A stretch of DNA of 13,342 nt, taken from a virus (taxonomy: Duplodnaviria > Heunggongvirae > Uroviricota > Caudoviricetes). The position numbers were made by a program, and so were the translations under genes. Positions 8,220-13,342 of the stretch are shown here, piece by piece. The stretch spans positions 1 through 13,342 of IMG/VR virus record IMGVR_UViG_2513237361_000015, one strand, 5' to 3'. Positions within the stretch are counted from its first letter, which is position 1, and the number at the start of each line of letters is the position of its first letter. The notes below the pieces were generated by a model. It had not been told where the DNA came from. It did no database searches and saw nothing but the letters and a program-made list of their open reading frames with translations.

Positions 8220-8861
8220 TTAAAAGTTTAAAGAAACCATAAAGCTACCAGGCTCTGCACCAGCTTCTTTATTTATTTCTTTACGGATTACCTCATTAAC
8301 CTGAAAAGCCTCATTGTAAACTTTTTCTAAGTTAATTGACGCCTTCATATTATAGTATGTTTTTTCCTCACAAACATATAACCTTATCGGATATGGCCTA
8401 GGGTTGATTGCCTTCCAGTGGGAGATCACAAAATTATAAACTGCAATACCATGACCTTTCATCTTCCCTGCTGTAACATCAATGTTTAGCTGATCTAAAT
8501 ACTCATCGAAGTGTTGCAAGGTGTTTCTCACCCTCACGGAATTAATTTCCTTAATTTCAATATCTTTTATTTTTTGTTGAAGGTAATTACTTCGCTCAAT
8601 ATGCAATCTGAATTGTTCAGGGGATTCTTCCCTAGTCTTATTTTTAGGAACTGCGATTAGTTTCTTGACGTTAGCCGCATCTGAAAGAATGCTATTTATT
8701 AATATATGAATATTGTAATCAATTTTAAAGTAGTAACCAGCATCAGGAAGTGGTGTCTCATGAAAGAGCTCTTCACAGCGTGTTTTTATCGAATGAGTTA
8801 ACAACCATAATTCGTGCAAATAAATAAAATTAAGTTTCATTTGCTCAAAGGTTTTTGACAT
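8220..8861 (-). CDS. Hypothetical protein (213 aa), AT-rich moron in the Q-to-lysis hotspot, no recognisable domain
   Basis: Uninterrupted ORF with ATG 8861 and AGGAG 8 nt upstream, about 30-33 percent GC in hand counts against about 52 percent for the phage backbone; own promoter-like element and terminator; no TM segments or motifs I recognise. Confidence 0.65.
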   Translation of the reverse strand: MSKTFEQMKLNFIYLHELWLLTHSIKTRCEELFHETPLPDAGYYFKIDYNIHILINSILSDAANVKKLIAVPKNKTREESPEQFRLHIERSNYLQQKIKDIEIKEINSVRVRNTLQHFDEYLDQLNIDVTAGKMKGHGIAVYNFVISHWKAINPRPYPIRLYVCEEKTYYNMKASINLEKVYNEAFQVNEVIRKEINKEAGAEPGSFMVSLNF

Positions 8862-8889
8862 AGCGAACTCTCCTTTTCAATAGTCCGCT

Positions 8890-8919
8890 TTTATAGCATT
8901 TACATAAGGGGCCTGTGAA
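8890..8919 (-). promoter_or_regulatory. Candidate sigma70 promoter for the 213-aa moron gene
   Basis: Minus strand TTCACA (8919-8914), 18-nt spacer, TATAAA (8895-8890), about 30 nt upstream of the ATG. Confidence 0.3.
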
Positions 8920-9016
8920 TTACTATTCTGTTGCTTACCACACTCTCGCAGTGGCCGCGCTCATGCCTTTGAGACCGTAGTCAGGGGTATCTCATGAATC
9001 CCTCACCTCTAACCGG

Positions 9017-9037
9017 AGAACGATTGGCGATCGTTCT
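9017..9037. repeat. Perfect 8-bp inverted repeat AGAACGAT-(5 nt)-ATCGTTCT
   Basis: Read directly from the sequence; no flanking U-tract on either strand, so not a terminator; candidate protein-binding palindrome or RNA hairpin in the late leader. Confidence 0.5.
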
Positions 9038-9202
9038 GGAGTACCGGCACACCTCTTCTTTATTAACCCTAACCAGTGTGTGTTGCAGTTCGTACCTGCA
9101 TCTGGCTCTCATGGAGACTCGGGACCGCATCACGACTGCGGATTTGCCTATCGGCTGCGGTCTATCCGTTTACTGGTGCATTTTCTTACCCTCCAGAAAA
9201 GC

Positions 9203-9226
9203 AAAAACCCCGCCGAAGCGAGGTTT
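9203..9226 (-). terminator. tR'-like rho-independent terminator in the late-transcript leader
   Basis: Minus strand CCUCGC-UUCG-GCGGGG followed by UUUUUGCUUUUCU, about 45-60 nt downstream of the candidate late promoter; strand-specific, since the plus-strand version mispairs. Confidence 0.5.
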
Positions 9227-9273
9227 GTTATGATTTCGTTAACGGCAGACATACAAAGCCCATCGTTAGGAAA

Positions 9274-9302
9274 ATCCTAACCAGATTTTTTGAAAAATGC
9301 AA
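9274..9302 (-). promoter_or_regulatory. pR'-like late promoter (candidate site of Q engagement)
   Basis: Minus strand TTGCAT (9302-9297), 17-nt spacer, TAGGAT (9279-9274), beginning about 32 nt after the Q stop codon, the canonical lambdoid position. Confidence 0.4.
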
Positions 9303-9333
9303 GAATCATGTCGCTATCTTCGGCGAAAATCAT

Positions 9334-10086
9334 TTATCTCGTCACTTTTCTTAATTGCGCCTCAGCATATGCTTCTTCCTGCCAGCACTTTGTCACCAGT
9401 TTATCAATGACATCTGCATATCCTTTGTACCACTGATAATCCGTCAGGTCTGGTACCAGCTTCTGGACATGATGCCGCGCCAGTGTGGTTGGTAAACGGC
9501 TAAACCGGTTTCCATTGCAACGCCCACAAATCTTATAAACAGGCATGCCATGAAGCCGGGTTCTTTTTTCATCCAGGACAATACCTTTACCCTTACACCC
9601 TCTGCACGCTGTGCTGACTTCTCCCTTACCATGACAATGCTGACATAGTTCCTTCACCCACTCTTCCTTGATAACAGATTCCCCGTTTCTGGAGTGTTTC
9701 ACCACTTCGCGCAATACATTATGAAATCCCGTACCTGCACAATGCTCACAGCGAGCCTTACTTGCCGCAGATCTGGAATAATCAGCAAAGGCAAAATTCA
9801 CAAGGTAAGGAATGATCTGTAGCCGGGTTTCTTCACTCAATTTATTCAATGTCGGGTTATCCAGTGCCATCGCGTAATTGAGCAGACCTTCAATCGCAAA
9901 CTGAGGATCCTGAACACCAACTTTTGCCAGGAATAAGGCAAACCCAAGCGGTGCTTTCGACTGCACCATCCCCTGCGCAGCCATCACATCCGTAATCGTT
10001 AAACCACCTGAGCCTGTCGCCGGTGCGTCATCGCTCAATTTTGGAGATTTTGGGGAGTAATATTTTGGTAAGGCTTCAAGGTTCAT
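9334..10086 (-). CDS. Q: Late-gene antitermination protein Q (lambda Q family)
   Basis: Matches lambda Q at YSPKSPKLSDD, TDVMAAQGM.QS, FAFADYSRSAAS.ARCEHCAGTG and C-terminal KVTR; carries an extra Cys/His-rich segment (CQHCHGKGEVSTACRGCKGKG, CGRCNG). Start chosen at ATG 10086 (GGAG 7 nt upstream, just after the DUF968 stop). Confidence 0.85.
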   Translation of the reverse strand: MNLEALPKYYSPKSPKLSDDAPATGSGGLTITDVMAAQGMVQSKAPLGFALFLAKVGVQDPQFAIEGLLNYAMALDNPTLNKLSEETRLQIIPYLVNFAFADYSRSAASKARCEHCAGTGFHNVLREVVKHSRNGESVIKEEWVKELCQHCHGKGEVSTACRGCKGKGIVLDEKRTRLHGMPVYKICGRCNGNRFSRLPTTLARHHVQKLVPDLTDYQWYKGYADVIDKLVTKCWQEEAYAEAQLRKVTR

Positions 10087-10099
10087 GCTCGTTCTCCAC

Positions 10100-11095
10100 T
10101 TACGCCAGTACGCCAATTGCCAGCGCACGATCGATAAAACGAAATATCAGCTCCAGTTGGGAGCCATACTTCTCTTCAAATGCCACGGTATCCGCATGCA
10201 GTTCGTCGTGATGCTTTCTGCACAAAGGCAACACAAAGAGGTCATGCGCTTTTGTACCCATTCCCCCCTGACCGTGGCCTATCAGGTGGTGGGGATCATC
10301 AGCAGGCTTTCCACAACATGCACACGGCTGTGTCTTAACCCAGCGCGTGTACTTTTCATTAACCCAGCGGCGACGTTTGGGGCGTAACATAAAAGACTCC
10401 GGCGACTCCGGCTCCACTTTCAGCGCCAGCACCTTTTTCGCTTTATCCTGGATGATGCTGGTGGCAGGAACCGAAGGCACAAGGTCACTTTCCCGGGTGA
10501 CAGACGGCACAACAGGCTTCGGTAATCTCAGTGCCTTACGGGCTGCACTTTCCGGTAAGGCATCCGCCAGATCATTACGAACCAGCCACCAGCACAGTTC
10601 CGGCATTGTCACAACGTGACTGTCATCAAAACCGAGATCCCGACGCACAACAGACAACACCCAGCGGGCACAGTTATCCGTTGCCATTGATTCCAGCCGT
10701 TCCGTGAATTGATCGCGCAGCTGGTTATCACAGTGCCAGCACAGACGGATTGCGCCCGGAGCGTGTCGCATTGTGGTCATGTTCTCGCTGTGCCAGTCGG
10801 AATGAGGCCACTGGCAGCCCTTTTCACGAAGTAACCAGCTTTCAAGACATTCCACGCCACCAGCACGACGGATCACTGCCTCATTGCGGAACACGGCCCG
10901 AACAGCAGGATCATCCGCCAGCGGTTGTGATGCCGCGGGAACGGCACCACTGGCGAAAGATGAATAACGTTCCGGCTCAGGCTCCAGCAGTACACGCCCC
11001 TGCATAAACAGGGGCATCAGCTCTGAACCTGGTCTGAACAATACGATCCCCATACGCGGGGCTATTTCAGGGGTCAGTAGTGCTCTCACGGTCAC
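10100..11095 (-). CDS. DUF968-family prophage protein with HNH-like Cys/His C-terminal motif
   Basis: 331-aa ORF whose C-terminus (CACCGKPADDPHHLIGHG...LCRKHHDELH) fits the zinc-binding motif of DUF968 proteins found next to Q in lambdoid prophages; start GTG 11095 or 11089. Confidence 0.65.
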   Translation of the reverse strand: MTVRALLTPEIAPRMGIVLFRPGSELMPLFMQGRVLLEPEPERYSSFASGAVPAASQPLADDPAVRAVFRNEAVIRRAGGVECLESWLLREKGCQWPHSDWHSENMTTMRHAPGAIRLCWHCDNQLRDQFTERLESMATDNCARWVLSVVRRDLGFDDSHVVTMPELCWWLVRNDLADALPESAARKALRLPKPVVPSVTRESDLVPSVPATSIIQDKAKKVLALKVEPESPESFMLRPKRRRWVNEKYTRWVKTQPCACCGKPADDPHHLIGHGQGGMGTKAHDLFVLPLCRKHHDELHADTVAFEEKYGSQLELIFRFIDRALAIGVLA

Positions 11096-11096
11096 C

Positions 11097-11636
11097 TCAA
11101 TGAACGGTATCGAGCAGCTTTAACAGCTCAGGGAATCGGGATTCGAAGAAATGCGGCTGCGTCTCGCGCGGATTTGCGGGACTGGTGATGTTCTTGCCGA
11201 ACATGCAGCCTTTCGCTGTCAGCGACCAGAATTTTTTGATGTTGTTAATCGCGGTACGGCTGTATCGTTCGCGCTGCTCGACGATCCCCAGCTTCACCAT
11301 CTGGTGATATGCCTGATTAGCTGTCAGGTGGATACCATACTGCTTCAGCAGTGCACTCAGTGACAGCGTGGGGCGGCTTGAACCATCAGGCGCGTCAGCA
11401 GGAGCATCAATGGCATAGCGCGGTGCCAGATTCGGTAAGCCAACAGCCTCCTGGAGTTTCTGACAGGCACCAAGCACTGAAGAGTTAGACAGGTTTAACT
11501 CCCTGCGCATAAAGTCCAGCAGAATCACTCCAGCCTGCATCTTGTCAGCAGCCTGCCCGGATAATTTTTCCGGTACGCTGGTTACCATGTCGAAAGTACG
11601 GATCACCTTCAGATGGAATGACGGGCTGATCCACAT
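11097..11636 (-). pseudogene. Phage antirepressor-like protein, 5'-truncated (only the last part of a KilA-N domain plus the C-terminal domain remains)
   Basis: Recognisable sequence begins at DYVCKELVYAYAMWISPSFHLKV, which resembles the C-terminal end of KilA-N domains; the upstream part of the 318-aa ORF is low-complexity and overlaps the plus-strand fimbrial gene. First in-frame ATG is 11636. Confidence 0.45.
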
Positions 11637-11787
11637 TGCATAGGCATACACCAGTTCCTTGCAGACATAATCGGATTTTGAACTGCGGTTGCCAGCAGAG
11701 GGTACACCTGCAGCATGGCAGGCGGGGCTGAATGTGACGGTTACAGTACAGTGATGGTTGCAGGGATATAAGGAGAAAAAAAGAGAA

Positions 11788-12552
11788 ATGAAAAAGGTGA
11801 CGTTGTTTCTGTTTGCTGCCGGCCTCCTGCCTTCCTGTGTACTGGCCTGGAACACGCCGGGAGAAGATTTCAGCGGAGAGCTTAAGCTGGAAGGCCCGGT
11901 GACCAGCACCCGTAACCCGTGGGTATGGAAAGTCGGACAGGGAAATGAAGGCCTGGAGGTTAAACAGAGCCGCGGTGTTCGTGACGGTGAGCAGGCAATT
12001 CCGGTCGCACTGCCGGCGATGCCCGTTTTACTGGGAAAAACCACCCTGACCACACCGGCAGGACGTGAGGGGCTTTCTCCCCGTGTCAGTTACGGAAAGG
12101 GTACTGAGGGATTTTCATTTGAATGGACAGCACCAGGCGTGGCGGAGGTGACGCTGCCTGTCACCGGAGATAATAACGTCCGGGCAGGCACTTTTGTTTT
12201 CAGAATGCAGGCTGCGGGGGTGTTGCGCCATGTGAAGGACGGACAGCCGGCGTATGCCGGTGTGTATGACGACCTGAATGTGAATGGTCTGCCTGGTGAA
12301 AGCGCAGCCATGAAGACTTCTGATATTCCGGGTGTTCTGCAGAAGATGTTCAGTGGCGAAGGCCCCGGCTGGCTGCAGACAATGACCATCAGTGGTTATT
12401 CAGGAGTGAGTCATTTCAGTGATGCCTCCCTGCGTCAGGTCGAAGGTGCGTATGGCGCACAGATGGTGGCGGGCAGTGGTGAATTACGTCTGAACGGTGC
12501 AATGCCGGAACGCTGGCGGGTGTCACTGCCGGTAAGTATTGAGTACCAGTAA
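11788..12552 (+). CDS. K88/F4-family fimbrial subunit (FaeG/FaeH-like)
   Basis: Signal peptide MKKVTLFLFAAGLLPSCVLA, then WNTPGEDFSGELKLEG...WVWKVGQG...MPVLLGKT, recalled from memory as resembling the mature N-terminus of K88 FaeG; C-terminal strand ends SIEYQ. ATG 11788 with AGGAG upstream. Confidence 0.55.
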   Translation: MKKVTLFLFAAGLLPSCVLAWNTPGEDFSGELKLEGPVTSTRNPWVWKVGQGNEGLEVKQSRGVRDGEQAIPVALPAMPVLLGKTTLTTPAGREGLSPRVSYGKGTEGFSFEWTAPGVAEVTLPVTGDNNVRAGTFVFRMQAAGVLRHVKDGQPAYAGVYDDLNVNGLPGESAAMKTSDIPGVLQKMFSGEGPGWLQTMTISGYSGVSHFSDASLRQVEGAYGAQMVAGSGELRLNGAMPERWRVSLPVSIEYQ

Positions 12553-12568
12553 ACAGGAGGGCGGCCCG

Positions 12569-13342
12569 GTGCTGAATATTATTCATCGTCTGAAGTCCGG
12601 TATGTTTCCGGCTCTGTTTTTTCTGACTTCAGCCAGTGTGCTGGCGCAACCGCTGACTATTCCTCCGGGCCACTGGCAGGAGGGTATGGCTGTGGGCGTG
12701 ACGGAATTCAGCGGCACGCTGTATGTCCGCGATGTGTCCTGGCAGTGGCAGCCCCGCGCTGTGCGTATGAGTTCTCCTGATGCTGTGCAGGCTGGCCTGG
12801 CAGCGGGTAAAGGTGGCATGGTCAGTGAAAGCCGGAGAGGGCAGGATTTTTATATTCTTGGCGGGCATACCACATCACTGACAACTGCCCGTCCGGGGCT
12901 GCAGCCGTCGGTGACATTGCTTCAGGTGACACCATCATCCCCCCGTATTGAGGCCCGGGGAGAACTTGCCCGGGGACAGGTACGTTACGGGGAAATCACG
13001 TTCACGCTGCGCCATCTTCTGGCATGGCAGGACAATATTACTGGCGGTCAGGGCTGGAGCGTGGTCAGCGGAGAGGTGACGCCGGAGGCCGAAAAACAGG
13101 TGAAACGCCAGTTATGGCAGGTGAACGGCTATGAATGGACCCCGGATTATGCCGGATTAACCGCACGTCCTGATGCGTTTATTTCAGGAACTGAGTCGCT
13201 GTTGTCACAGGGGAATGGCAGCCAGCATATTGCCGGTGCCTGGGTGATGTACCTGAGTGATGTGCGGGTGAATTTCCCCGGTGCTGAGGAGCCGGTAAAA
13301 CGCTGGCAGGGTAATCTGACACCGGTGGTGGTGTATTTCTGA
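12569..13342 (+). CDS. Second K88/F4-like fimbrial subunit paralogue, secreted
   Basis: GTG 12569 with AGGAGG 8 nt upstream; signal peptide (LNIIHRLKSGMFPALFFLTSASVLA-QP); same length class and W.W / FSG pattern as the upstream gene; ends VVVYF. Confidence 0.5.
   Translation: MLNIIHRLKSGMFPALFFLTSASVLAQPLTIPPGHWQEGMAVGVTEFSGTLYVRDVSWQWQPRAVRMSSPDAVQAGLAAGKGGMVSESRRGQDFYILGGHTTSLTTARPGLQPSVTLLQVTPSSPRIEARGELARGQVRYGEITFTLRHLLAWQDNITGGQGWSVVSGEVTPEAEKQVKRQLWQVNGYEWTPDYAGLTARPDAFISGTESLLSQGNGSQHIAGAWVMYLSDVRVNFPGAEEPVKRWQGNLTPVVVYF

Noticed and set aside
8862-9333. Possible tRNA gene between Q and the lysis genes (as in Stx phages)
   Set aside because: No GGTTCGAATCC-type T-loop or CCA-terminated cloverleaf found by eye on either strand; a proper tRNA scan would settle it.
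8994-9354. Plus-strand ORFs 8994..9233, 9076..9354 and 9080..9280 in the Q-to-moron intergenic region
   Set aside because: They run against the direction of every phage gene and across the pR'/tR' elements; more likely chance ORFs in a regulatory leader, though 8994 does have an AGGGG 9 nt upstream.
11637-12053. N-terminal 139 aa of the 318-aa minus-strand ORF
   Set aside because: Low-complexity Ser/Pro/Thr-rich sequence overlapping the promoter and 5' part of the plus-strand fimbrial gene; only the part from about 11690 downward looks KilA-N-like.
12090-12868. Minus-strand ORFs 12090..12389, 12583..12819 and 12629..12868
   Set aside because: Antisense to the two signal-peptide-bearing fimbrial genes; no RBS or recognisable features.
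1-13342. CRISPR array, rRNA or integrase/attachment site
   Set aside because: No repeat-spacer periodicity, no rRNA-like sequence and no integrase ORF seen; the prophage ends present look like deletion junctions, not att sites.

Overview
The window reads as a defective lambdoid / HK97-like prophage remnant of about 11.7 kb with every phage gene on the minus strand, followed on the right by two plus-strand K88/F4-family fimbrial subunit genes. Reading the minus strand from 11.7 kb down to 1: 5'-truncated KilA-N antirepressor remnant, DUF968 protein, antiterminator Q, a late promoter/terminator pair (pR'/tR'-like), an AT-rich 213-aa moron with its own promoter and terminator, two holin-like membrane proteins, a GH19 endolysin, a beta-class DNA methyltransferase plus a Cys-rich 93-aa protein ending in a strong terminator, a 75-aa ORF, Rz with embedded Rz1, a two-gene accessory cassette (about 124-aa soluble protein plus 67-aa membrane protein) with terminator, HNH endonuclease, a putative cos region, terminase small subunit (P27 family, frameshifted), terminase large subunit, a 60-aa membrane protein and a portal gene that is frameshifted twice and 3'-truncated at the window edge. 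The best candidates for undescribed biology are the three lower-GC cargo cassettes, above all the 213-aa gene in the Q-to-holin hotspot, none of which I can assign to a known family. All calls come from reading the six-frame translations and the DNA by eye; no database search or computation was run, and the GC figures are hand counts on short samples.
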